DNA of 26,824 nucleotides from an uncultured Bdellovibrio sp. (GCA_963932905.1 CAWVRN010000039.1:1-26824), one strand, 5' to 3'. Positions 7,074 through 15,824 are shown, counted from the first letter of the stretch. Notes: generated by a model not told the origin, from the sequence alone. Made by a program: numbers and translations.

Positions 7074-8378
7074 ATGAATCCACAACAGGGAAGACCAATT
7101 CGCAAAGTGCCATTTTTGCAAATTCTATTGCACTTCTTTTCGATTAAGAGCCACTTACTGGTCCAGCTCGAGAAGTTTCACGGCCAATATGGTGATGTCT
7201 TTGCTATCCAAGCTGACAATTTGAAGTGTTTCATCAAACGTCCGGATATGATTAAGCGTGTGTTGATGGATAATCATATGAACTATGAAAAAAGTGTCGG
7301 TTTTAAAAACTTCCATGTTTTATTGGGAAAAGGTTTGCTGACCAGTGACGGCGCCAAGTGGATGGGTGATCGTAAAGTTTTAAATACAGAATTTAGCGGT
7401 ATTAGTCGGGCAGACAATATAAAAATCGCCAATGAAGAATACCAATCGATGCGATCAAAATGGGTCGTTGGACAAGAAATTAACTTTTCCAAGGCCGTCT
7501 ATGAACTGGTGGTTCATACGGTATGTCGCGAAATATTTCGCATTAAGTTTCCATCCTCTTTGGATGAATTCAAAGTGGCATTCATCGATTTTGATCGTTA
7601 TTTAAGTTACCAACAGCGATCGTTAATTAAATTTCCTTTTTGGTTTCCTCATCCCGTTCTGATTCGTGCTAATCGCGCTAAAAACAAATTAAGAAAAATT
7701 GCAGAAGACATTGTAAATGCCGCTTTGGATGAACCTACACCTAATATGATCAAAACAATGTTGCAAAATAATTTTCCTCGCGAAAATATTTTGGATCATA
7801 TCCTGACATTTTTCATTGCGGGACATGAAACGACAGTGAATTCGTTGCTGTTCACAATGTTGCTGCTGAGAGACAATCCGGTCGCTTGGACTAAATTAAA
7901 AAATGAGATTGATCAGGCACCTGCAAATCCGGATCCTGATACATTAGACAAGTTAGAATATTTAGACTGTGTTATTAAAGAAAGCTTGAGGTTGTTTCCA
8001 ACTATTCCGTTATTTCCACGGGTGGCCAAAGAAGACGATCAACTAGGCGAGTTTCAAATTCGTAAAGGTGATACCGTCGCGTTGTCGCCATGGTTAGTTC
8101 ATAGGTCAGAAAATTTATGGCCAGACGCTTTGAAATTTAAACCAGAACGATTTATTGGTAAACGCTATGAACAGGAATATATTTATTTTCCGTTCGCTTT
8201 AGGGCCGCGTAAATGCATTGGTGCCGCTTTATCTTCGTTAAATATGAAAATATTCATTTTCTTACTATTTAAAAATAATGATTTTAAAATCACGGGACCA
8301 AAAACAGAAGACTACATTCACAATGTTTCTTTGGCGCCGGCCAGCGATTTAAACCTTTTCTTGAATTCTAACCAATAG
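7074..8378 (+). CDS. Cytochrome P450
   Basis: GLLTSDG, I-helix AGHETT, ExxR (ESLR), PERF, heme-thiolate FALGPRKCIG. Confidence 0.97.
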   Translation: MNPQQGRPIRKVPFLQILLHFFSIKSHLLVQLEKFHGQYGDVFAIQADNLKCFIKRPDMIKRVLMDNHMNYEKSVGFKNFHVLLGKGLLTSDGAKWMGDRKVLNTEFSGISRADNIKIANEEYQSMRSKWVVGQEINFSKAVYELVVHTVCREIFRIKFPSSLDEFKVAFIDFDRYLSYQQRSLIKFPFWFPHPVLIRANRAKNKLRKIAEDIVNAALDEPTPNMIKTMLQNNFPRENILDHILTFFIAGHETTVNSLLFTMLLLRDNPVAWTKLKNEIDQAPANPDPDTLDKLEYLDCVIKESLRLFPTIPLFPRVAKEDDQLGEFQIRKGDTVALSPWLVHRSENLWPDALKFKPERFIGKRYEQEYIYFPFALGPRKCIGAALSSLNMKIFIFLLFKNNDFKITGPKTEDYIHNVSLAPASDLNLFLNSNQ

Positions 8379-8917
8379 TAAAACAACACTAAGAATTTAT
8401 TCAGGATGCTGATCTTAAATTTTGGATAGACAAACAGCTGCGACGGCAAACCAAAAATAGAAGGACCTATGTATAAATTAGTGGGACCAACTATACTGTA
8501 GTACTGGCTTAATTTTGTCGATTGATTGTGTCCAAGTAAATATTGGCTTTTTGAGCTTAAAAACAATTCGAAAATATGAATCCATACATTTTGAACCATT
8601 TCAAAACGAGTGATGCAGGGTTCTTTCCACATGCAGACGATTTCGCAGCATTGGTCCCATTTGAAGGAAGGGGATATTTTGATTTCTGCGTTTTTAGGTA
8701 CAAACTCAAGAAGGCGAAACGGTGAAGTGAATCCTAGAATGAAACCTGCGACCATGTGGTTGTTTTGGTTAAAGACCGCATAGACTTGGCAACGTTTCAT
8801 ATATTCTAGAGTCAATGGAACTGTATTTTCCGGTTTGGTGCTTTTTAAACTTTTACTGAAGTTCTGCTGGTAACGGATCAATTCTTCATCAGAGAATAAT
8901 TTTTTTAGTTTAAGCAT
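8318..8917 (-). CDS. Hypothetical protein, possibly a GNAT-fold (LuxI/FeeM/OlsB-like) acyltransferase
   Basis: Start overlaps the PlsC stop by 8 nt. Pattern VYAVF....MVAGFIL ... CEIVCMW recalls GNAT beta-strands 2-4. The fold call is inference only. Confidence 0.55.
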   Translation of the reverse strand: MLKLKKLFSDEELIRYQQNFSKSLKSTKPENTVPLTLEYMKRCQVYAVFNQNNHMVAGFILGFTSPFRLLEFVPKNAEIKISPSFKWDQCCEIVCMWKEPCITRFEMVQNVWIHIFELFLSSKSQYLLGHNQSTKLSQYYSIVGPTNLYIGPSIFGLPSQLFVYPKFKISILNKFLVLFYYWLEFKKRFKSLAGAKETL

Positions 8918-10085
8918 GGGACTTCCTTTGGCTTAATATAAATTCTAAAAGATTCACAAACTGAGCTCGGCTGTCTTGAGTGATTTCCAGCGCCCAGCGG
9001 TTGGTTTTTGTTTTTAAAATTATAACCTCGCCCCAGTCTTGTGTATGAGATTGAATATCAGAATAAGGAATGGATAAACTACCAATAGTTAAGGAGTCTG
9101 CACCAAGAATTAAAAGGTCTGGTATTTGGGCTATCCAAGACCCTTTTGAAATATCGTACGGTTGTATAGAATGCGTGGACCTGATTTCTTTTTGCCTAAG
9201 CCACTTACTGGTTGTGGTTTCGAAAGATTTTATAAATAGATCTTTTACTTTTTTGTCTTTCGAATGGATCACTGTATTGTCTGCGCCAATTTCCCAAACG
9301 TCGCGGCAGCGGTTGCAATTTAGTTTGTAACCATTTTCAACAAGGCTGTTGTCTTGACTACATGTCGGACAGTAGACCAATGTTTTGGCCAAGCCTTGGG
9401 CCGTGTGGGCGCAATAGCTTGCAAATTTTGTATTGGGTTTATCCAAGCTAAATAGTTTTTCAGTGATAATTGAAAGAATTGGATCTTCTTTTCTAAATGT
9501 TTGTGCCGGATGAATAGTAATTTTTATTTTTGTTTTACGCATCGCTGTCGCCCACAACGGTTTTACGCGATCGCCATTAGATAAGTGAACGATAACAACG
9601 GGCAGGTTAAGAAAACGGATCAATTGATCTATTCCCGGCATTAGTGGGGACGGTTCACCGTATAGGGAAAAAACGCCTTCAGGGAACAAGGCAATGTGGG
9701 CACCACAATCAGACCAGCGTTTTAATAGTTGAATCGATCCAGGGTCCAAATCCAATTTTCGTTTTGCCACATGACCAAATAACGAAATCACTTTTGAAAC
9801 TAATCGGGGTCGCATAAAGGATTCGGAAATTAAAAATTGCAAAGGGCGTTCACCAAAAAAATTAACTAACAATGGATCCAGTGCGCAGGAATGATTCATC
9901 AAAACTAAATAAGGCCCACCACGCAAATTTTCTTTGCCGACAACTTCAATTCCTAAAAACAATCGCGATAATAAAAAGCGAAACAGCGGACCTAACAGTA
10001 CGAATAACCAGCGATACAAAGCGTATTTGTACTTTGAAGGCTTGGTAGATGTTAAAATTTCGAACGAGCTGTTTAGATTTTCCAT
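8910..10085 (-). CDS. PlsC/LPLAT-family acyltransferase with a C-terminal zinc ribbon and extra domain
   Basis: Catalytic NHSCALD (HX4D), FPEG, LPVV. C-terminal CPTC...CNRC. Confidence 0.9.
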   Translation of the reverse strand: MENLNSSFEILTSTKPSKYKYALYRWLFVLLGPLFRFLLSRLFLGIEVVGKENLRGGPYLVLMNHSCALDPLLVNFFGERPLQFLISESFMRPRLVSKVISLFGHVAKRKLDLDPGSIQLLKRWSDCGAHIALFPEGVFSLYGEPSPLMPGIDQLIRFLNLPVVIVHLSNGDRVKPLWATAMRKTKIKITIHPAQTFRKEDPILSIITEKLFSLDKPNTKFASYCAHTAQGLAKTLVYCPTCSQDNSLVENGYKLNCNRCRDVWEIGADNTVIHSKDKKVKDLFIKSFETTTSKWLRQKEIRSTHSIQPYDISKGSWIAQIPDLLILGADSLTIGSLSIPYSDIQSHTQDWGEVIILKTKTNRWALEITQDSRAQFVNLLEFILSQRKSHA

Positions 10086-10097
10086 AGTTTGTATCTG

Positions 10098-11162
10098 CTA
10101 TTTAAAATGGGGAATTACATCTTCCCCAATTGTGCGGATAGATTCCATGATGAGTTCATGTGGAATGGTTCCTGATTGAATTACAAAAATCAATTCATCG
10201 ACACCAACGTCGACAAATCGACGGATAGTTTCGCGTGCAGACACAGGGTCGCCAAAAATAGCGGATAGCTGGGTTCCCGGGCGATTGCGATGCTTTTCAA
10301 AAAGATCGACTTCATTATCAGACGGAAGTTCACGTGGACTTCGAACAGGCCCTACATGGCGGTTTTGAGTCCAATAGTAATGGGCCATAGATCGCGTAAA
10401 GAATTTTGAACCGCGAATTCCGTAACGTAATGCTTTTTTATCGTCTTTCAAAACAAGAGTCGAAGGGTTGCAACAAAAGTGGTTGGTCACGACACCCGTG
10501 ATGGGGGTTGATTCGTTAATGGCGGCTCGATAGTTATCGACTTTTGCCTTTAGTTGTTCATCGTGATAGATGGCAAAGTTCAGTGCACCTAAACCTAATT
10601 TTCCAACGCTGATCGCATTTTCAGGACGACTGCACGATGCAAATGCCGGCGGTTGTTGGGTTGGCTTGGGGACGACATGTATGGGTGGAATGTCGTAGAA
10701 TTTTCCTTTCCATGAGAACGCTTCGTTACGCCACATTTTAGGAATCATTTCCAAAGCTTCAAGCCACTGATCATTTAATTCTTTGGGGTCGATTTCAAAA
10801 GCCCCTTGTTCCATTACAGTCCCGGATTTGGCGCTGCCCCAGTAGACTCGGCCATGGCTTAGTATATCCAAGGTAGCAATTCGTTCAGCAATACGAATCG
10901 GGTGATTGTAATTTTTCGGCAGCAACGTCGATCCGTGACAAATATTAATTCGTTTTGTTTTTGCCGCAACGAAAGAAAGAAAAATCTCAGGAGCCGAACT
11001 GTGGGCATATTCATACAGACCATGATGTTCAACGGCCCAAATTCCATCAAATCCAACGGCGTCAGCCAATACAGCTTGCTCTACGCAATCGTGAAACAAC
11101 TGTTGTTCACTTTGCGCGGTAGGATCAGAAATCTGCATTTCGTAGAAAAGTGAAAATCGCAT
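10098..11162 (-). CDS. LLM-class (luciferase-like) flavin-dependent monooxygenase
   Basis: LADAVGFDGIWAVEHH, SAPEIFL...AAKTKRI, HPIRIAERIATLDILSHGR, VVPKPTQQPP. Confidence 0.95.
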   Translation of the reverse strand: MRFSLFYEMQISDPTAQSEQQLFHDCVEQAVLADAVGFDGIWAVEHHGLYEYAHSSAPEIFLSFVAAKTKRINICHGSTLLPKNYNHPIRIAERIATLDILSHGRVYWGSAKSGTVMEQGAFEIDPKELNDQWLEALEMIPKMWRNEAFSWKGKFYDIPPIHVVPKPTQQPPAFASCSRPENAISVGKLGLGALNFAIYHDEQLKAKVDNYRAAINESTPITGVVTNHFCCNPSTLVLKDDKKALRYGIRGSKFFTRSMAHYYWTQNRHVGPVRSPRELPSDNEVDLFEKHRNRPGTQLSAIFGDPVSARETIRRFVDVGVDELIFVIQSGTIPHELIMESIRTIGEDVIPHFK

Positions 11163-12337
11163 TAACTTTTGCCTCCACTTTCACGTAGGTCAGCAGATAA
11201 ACGAATCGCGCTATCGGCAATCAGTAATTTTTGTACCGCTTCGGTACCTTCATAGATTTGCAAAAGTTTTGTATCGCGAACCAGTTTTTCGATGCGATTT
11301 TCTTCTATATAGCCAGCGCCACCGTGAAGTTCTAAACAGTCGTTAGTAATTTCACAAGCAATCTGCGCGGCAAGTAGTTTTAAACCGCTTGAATATTTTG
11401 TGCCGTGATTGCCATTTTCTAATTCCCAGGCCGCATTGTATAAATAGGCTCTAAGCATATCTATTTTCGCTTCCATCGTTGCAAATTTAAATTGAATGTC
11501 TTGTTCAAAAATAATCGGGCTGCCTGAACCCGTTTTTCTACTATGACAATGAATTTTGGCCAGATCACGTGCCCGGCGAGACACACCCAAGGCCATGGCA
11601 CCAACACCGATACGGCTTGAGCGAAGTGACATTAAAGCGATCTGTGGGCCCTGACCGATTTTACCGATTAAGTTTTCCGTAGGAACAAAGGTATCAAAGA
11701 ATTTCATTCCCGCCGTGTCGGCGGCTCGTTGTCCCATCTTTTTCAAAGGAGGTGTAAGCTCGATCCCTTTGGCAGTGCTAGGAACGATGAAACAGGAAAA
11801 GCCGCGTTCCTGATTTGCCTGCCGTGCGAACACGGCATAGAATTGCGCCACACTTGCGTTAGATATTGTTGATTTTTCGCCGCGAATTTTAAAACCGCCG
11901 TCGACGATTTCAAATTCAGTCGTCGCAGGTCTAGATCCCAGATTGGTGCTGCCCTCCGGTTCTGTGAATCCAAAGGAAGCGAAGCCGAGTTTTTGAGTCA
12001 GTGGGGTTAGCCATTGTTGCTTTTGATTTTCCGATCCAAACAACAGTAGCGGGCCTAGTGCCAAACGGCTAACAAAAGCGGATGTTGTAAAGCCTAAATC
12101 CCCATATGCACTTTCTTCAACGGCAAGCAATGTATCTATAAATGATTTTCCCTGGCCACCGTAGGCTTTGGGGATGGCCGTTGTCATAATTCCAGACTCG
12201 AACGCCTTCTGATACAGATCCATAGGGAAATGCCCATGCACATCCAAATCAGTTCTTGAAAGAACGTTAGCTTTTACAAAGTTTTTAACGTGATCTCTCC
12301 AAGCTAAACTTTCAGGCGCCAGTTTGAAATTGATCAT
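11162..12337 (-). CDS. Acyl-CoA/acyl-ACP dehydrogenase (ACAD family)
   Basis: IPKAYGGQG, FTEPEGS, KMGQRA.DT, LHGGAGY, RDTKLLQIYEGT with the MCAD-type catalytic Glu. Confidence 0.95.
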   Translation of the reverse strand: MINFKLAPESLAWRDHVKNFVKANVLSRTDLDVHGHFPMDLYQKAFESGIMTTAIPKAYGGQGKSFIDTLLAVEESAYGDLGFTTSAFVSRLALGPLLLFGSENQKQQWLTPLTQKLGFASFGFTEPEGSTNLGSRPATTEFEIVDGGFKIRGEKSTISNASVAQFYAVFARQANQERGFSCFIVPSTAKGIELTPPLKKMGQRAADTAGMKFFDTFVPTENLIGKIGQGPQIALMSLRSSRIGVGAMALGVSRRARDLAKIHCHSRKTGSGSPIIFEQDIQFKFATMEAKIDMLRAYLYNAAWELENGNHGTKYSSGLKLLAAQIACEITNDCLELHGGAGYIEENRIEKLVRDTKLLQIYEGTEAVQKLLIADSAIRLSADLRESGGKS

Positions 12338-12621
12338 TGGATTAAACCATGGACCTTGTCACACAAATCATTTACGTCATTGATTTCAAAAAATGAGATG
12401 CTCGATGTATCGATTTTTAATTCATTGTCGAATTGAACCATGATCCAAATCATAGTGATGGAATCAAGTCCAATCGCACTTAGAGGTGTATCGATCAAAA
12501 CCCGCTGATCTACAGAATTCGCAATGGTGCCCAGTTCATCGGAGCTTAAATTAGGATTGTTGTTTAGATGACTTTTTACAACGTTAGATTTGAAAAAATC
12601 AAATATTTGTTCTTTTGTCAT
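12334..12621 (-). CDS. Acyl carrier protein
   Basis: 95 aa, acidic, phosphopantetheine site GLDSI. Lies between FAAL and ACAD with overlapping start/stop codons. Confidence 0.88.
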   Translation of the reverse strand: MTKEQIFDFFKSNVVKSHLNNNPNLSSDELGTIANSVDQRVLIDTPLSAIGLDSITMIWIMVQFDNELKIDTSSISFFEINDVNDLCDKVHGLIQ

Positions 12622-14389
12622 TGGAAATCCTTCGTGTTAAAAATGTTAAAATATTCGTAAATGAATTCGTTGAGGCCGCTTTTGAAAGGCGTCCGTCTTT
12701 CCATAGTTGAATGTTCAAGCGCCGTTGAATTTTACCTGAACTTGTTTTTCTTAAAGTTCCTGGCGGCAGGACTTCAACTTTATACAAAGGCAAACCGGCT
12801 TTCTGAATAACTTTGGCAATTTCAGATTCAAGATTTAGTTTCTTCTGTGCATCTATGGCTTTACTAGTAGATTCTGCCAAAACGACAATTTGATCCGAAT
12901 CAAATTCTGGTAATTTGATTGATGATACCAAAGCTTTTCCTTTGCGGATATCAGCTATTGATGATAGTTTTTCTTCATACAATACCGGGTAATGATTTTT
13001 ACCATTGACGATAATGATGTCTTTCAATCGGCCACATATATAGAGTTCATCGTGAAATAGAAATCCTTCATCACCAGTTTTTAGCCAGCCATCGCTGCTT
13101 AGAAGTTCACTATTTAGTTTCTTGTTTCTAAAGTAGCCGCTTGTTACACAAGGGCCCTTAATGTGTATTTGGCCGACTTGACCTTGAGAAAGAGATTTAC
13201 CGGCAGAGTTTACTATTTTTAATTCGAACGTCGGTAAAATGCGTCCCACGCTACAGATTTCAATTCCATTTTCATCTAATGATACAATGCCGTTTTCTAA
13301 TAAATCAGAATTTAACTTTAGGATTTGTAACTCTTTTTTCGGACCGGTAAAGCTAACGGCTAGCGAAGCTTCCGCTAGTCCATAAACAGGAAGGAAACTC
13401 TCGGCAGGATACTGGGCAGGTTTCATATGTTCGATAAAATTTTTGGCTGTTTCAGCACTTACATTTTCGGCACCACACAATGTGCCCTTTAGACATGATA
13501 AATCTAAATTTTGAATTTGGCTTTGAGGAACGCGTTTACGAACTAATCCATAGGCAAAGTTAGGAGCCGTAGTAATTGTCGCGCGGAAGTCATGCATAGC
13601 CTTGAGCCAAAGAAAGGGGTTAACCAAAAAATCGTGAGGATTAAACAGCAGCAGCGGCGTTCCATTGACGATCGAAAGCAGCAAACAACCAACAAGACCC
13701 ATATCATGGTATAAAGGTAACCAACACACGATCGCGACATTTTCTTTTTCTAAAGGCAGAGAACTTGCGATAACGTTCGTATTTGTAATTACATTTTTGT
13801 GAGTGATCATTACGGCTTTGGGACGGCCGGTGGTTCCGGAACTTAATTGAAGAAAACTAATTTCATTTTCAGAATACGAATTGGCATCAAATGGTAGGTT
13901 TAGTATAGCCGCTAATTCCGACCCAGATTTATTTTTTGAAAAATTGGAAGCATACTTGGACAAATTAATAATATGAATTTCTGAATCCGTATTTAGCTTA
14001 TTTAAAATTTTTGCGCAACGATCATCAGTGATGATCGTTGCGCAGTTTAATTCAGATAAGGTATTGGCTATGCTATTGAACCAGTCGTTTATATCCGTCA
14101 GCGCTGTTGGAGATGCAAATGAAAAGGGAATGGCGTGTATATACTGGCAGCCGAAAAAACTCATAAGGAATTCTTCTTGCGTGGGCAGGATGATAGCGAC
14201 CACTTCGCCGTTTTTAACGTCGGCTTCTTTCAATAGATCACTTACGTGTACAATATCAAGCCACAGGTTTTGGTAGGAATAATGACGGTAAGACCCCTGT
14301 CTATCCAAGAATTGAATGTTCGACAAAGCGCTTTTTGCGCGCTCGTTGAGTATAGGGATCAGGTGATAGCCTTGTTTTGAGCTTTCCAT
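12599..14389 (-). CDS. Fatty acyl-AMP ligase (FAAL)
   Basis: QLSSGTTGRPK, WLPLYHDMGL, APNFAY, YGLAEASL followed by a FAAL-type insertion, TGD, GRLKDIIIVNGKNHYP, KTSSGKIQR. Confidence 0.93.
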   Translation of the reverse strand: MESSKQGYHLIPILNERAKSALSNIQFLDRQGSYRHYSYQNLWLDIVHVSDLLKEADVKNGEVVAIILPTQEEFLMSFFGCQYIHAIPFSFASPTALTDINDWFNSIANTLSELNCATIITDDRCAKILNKLNTDSEIHIINLSKYASNFSKNKSGSELAAILNLPFDANSYSENEISFLQLSSGTTGRPKAVMITHKNVITNTNVIASSLPLEKENVAIVCWLPLYHDMGLVGCLLLSIVNGTPLLLFNPHDFLVNPFLWLKAMHDFRATITTAPNFAYGLVRKRVPQSQIQNLDLSCLKGTLCGAENVSAETAKNFIEHMKPAQYPAESFLPVYGLAEASLAVSFTGPKKELQILKLNSDLLENGIVSLDENGIEICSVGRILPTFELKIVNSAGKSLSQGQVGQIHIKGPCVTSGYFRNKKLNSELLSSDGWLKTGDEGFLFHDELYICGRLKDIIIVNGKNHYPVLYEEKLSSIADIRKGKALVSSIKLPEFDSDQIVVLAESTSKAIDAQKKLNLESEIAKVIQKAGLPLYKVEVLPPGTLRKTSSGKIQRRLNIQLWKDGRLSKAASTNSFTNILTFLTRRISNDKRTNI

Positions 14390-14404
14390 GGTACATGGGA
14401 GGAT

Positions 14405-14420
14405 TGCTAGAAATATGCCA
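14405..14420 (-). promoter_or_regulatory. Sigma54-type -24/-12 promoter of the FAAL operon
   Basis: Minus strand TGGCATATTTCTAGCA fits GG-N10-GC and ends 15 nt upstream of the FAAL ATG. Confidence 0.55.
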
Positions 14421-14457
14421 TTTTTATGAAATATAGTTCGATTTGCGCAAAGTAAAA

Positions 14458-14474
14458 TGTCTTCAAGTTAGACA
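14458..14474. promoter_or_regulatory. TGTCT-N7-AGACA palindrome (candidate activator site)
   Basis: TGTCTTCAAGTTAGACA lies about 40 bp upstream of the sigma54-type element. Confidence 0.4.
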
Positions 14475-14507
14475 GTTTAGCAAGCTCGTTTAAGAAGTAG
14501 ACGGTGA

Positions 14508-15824
14508 TTAGGAGTGAGTCAGGCAGTCGACTGCCGATTTTTTAATGGTTCCTTTAGCGCTAAAATAGGACGCAATAAGGCCCAACACGATTAACATCAA
14601 AGCTAGGAAGAGTAAACTGGTGACGTTAGGATTTATTTGCAGAACGACTTTTTCTGAAATCATACCGGCCTTGTAGTAGAACTGAATTGAATTTACGACA
14701 CCTAAAAACAGGTAACCCATCACAAGACCAGTTAAGACGCCGAAAGCGCATAGAATTGCACTTTCGAATAGAAAAATAGTTAAAATTTTTTCGGGAACAA
14801 AACCAAGACTCTTTAGTAAACCAATTTCCTTAGTCCGTTCCTTTACATTTTTAGAAAATGTCATACTGATAGAAAATCCGGAAACACATACCAACACGAA
14901 AATTAAAAAATTTCTAAAAATTTTCAATAGGTTGATAGTGCGATTGTAAGAGTCTCCGACAGGATGTTTTTGCCAACGCAAGATTTGAATATTGGGATCG
15001 TTGAGGTTGGTATTGAACTCGTCGATAAATTTATCAATAGCAGCGGAATCGAACAAAAGAACGGTGTAATAGCCAATTCGATCCGTATTTACCAAAATTT
15101 GCGCATCTTTTAAATCGGCAAGCACATAACGAGCATCAATATTACGAATGCCGGCGTCAGTGAGTCCCGAAACGATCATCGATAACGAATTAACTTGGCC
15201 AGATGCGGTTGTTGTAGTCAGTTGAAAATCGTTTGTGTCGCAGTTAAATTCTCGGTTGCCTTCTTTGAAACCGCCAGCAACATTGACAGCGTTTTGTTTC
15301 ACCTTGGCTTTGCAGCCCAATGTTCGCGCTAAGGACTGGCCCAGCAGAATTTTTTGTCCGGGTTCGCCGACGTGCAGTGGTTCGCCATATAGAGCATTCC
15401 AAGCCCAATCCGTGCCTCTTAATTTCAATCCGCCAGGCTGATCAAAGGCCCTTGCCGTGAAGATAGTTGAAATGCGTCCGTTGCTGATCGTTCCAGAGAA
15501 ATCCAAATTTTTAACGTACGCTAGAACATCCGTGGGGCGAGAGGATAGGTAGGTTTCAATTTTATATTGTTGCTCTTGAGTAAGTGAGTACGCAATTGGT
15601 TCTGCTTTACCTTCTTTCTGTTTAAGCTTTGGATTTTGAATAATCAGATCACCATACATCAAACGGTAGCGATGAACATTGGCATAAAGACCGGTTACAT
15701 TTTTAATGTATCCGTCGAAAATCAAAATCGAGAAAAAAGCCATCGCCACAGATAACAAAGCGGCCATCGAGGGCCGCAAGTTAGCATGCACATTTCTGTA
15801 AGCGATCAGGAACAGATACTTCAT
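14508..15824 (-). CDS. ABC transporter permease, LolC/E-FtsX-MacB type
   Basis: N-terminal IAYRNV + TM, large periplasmic domain, ERTKEIGLLKSLGF...IFLFES motif, three C-terminal TMs. Confidence 0.9.
   Translation of the reverse strand: MKYLFLIAYRNVHANLRPSMAALLSVAMAFFSILIFDGYIKNVTGLYANVHRYRLMYGDLIIQNPKLKQKEGKAEPIAYSLTQEQQYKIETYLSSRPTDVLAYVKNLDFSGTISNGRISTIFTARAFDQPGGLKLRGTDWAWNALYGEPLHVGEPGQKILLGQSLARTLGCKAKVKQNAVNVAGGFKEGNREFNCDTNDFQLTTTTASGQVNSLSMIVSGLTDAGIRNIDARYVLADLKDAQILVNTDRIGYYTVLLFDSAAIDKFIDEFNTNLNDPNIQILRWQKHPVGDSYNRTINLLKIFRNFLIFVLVCVSGFSISMTFSKNVKERTKEIGLLKSLGFVPEKILTIFLFESAILCAFGVLTGLVMGYLFLGVVNSIQFYYKAGMISEKVVLQINPNVTSLLFLALMLIVLGLIASYFSAKGTIKKSAVDCLTHS

Noticed and set aside
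7055..7105. Longer N-terminus of the DUF2878-like ORF (also the extended starts at 23281, 23624 and 25006)
   Set aside because: These overlap neighbouring genes or bypass better-supported ATG starts (7054, 23314, 23693, 25048).
10098..14389. Bioluminescence (lux-like) system suggested by a luciferase-like gene next to fatty-acid activation genes
   Set aside because: There is only one LLM gene and no LuxB partner, LuxC reductase, LuxD, LuxE or LuxG. LLM-family monooxygenases are widespread and mostly non-luminous.
11162..14389. Ordinary beta-oxidation operon (FadD + FadE)
   Set aside because: The ligase has FAAL-type motifs and insertion and is coupled to an ACP. No enoyl-CoA hydratase, hydroxyacyl dehydrogenase or thiolase is present.
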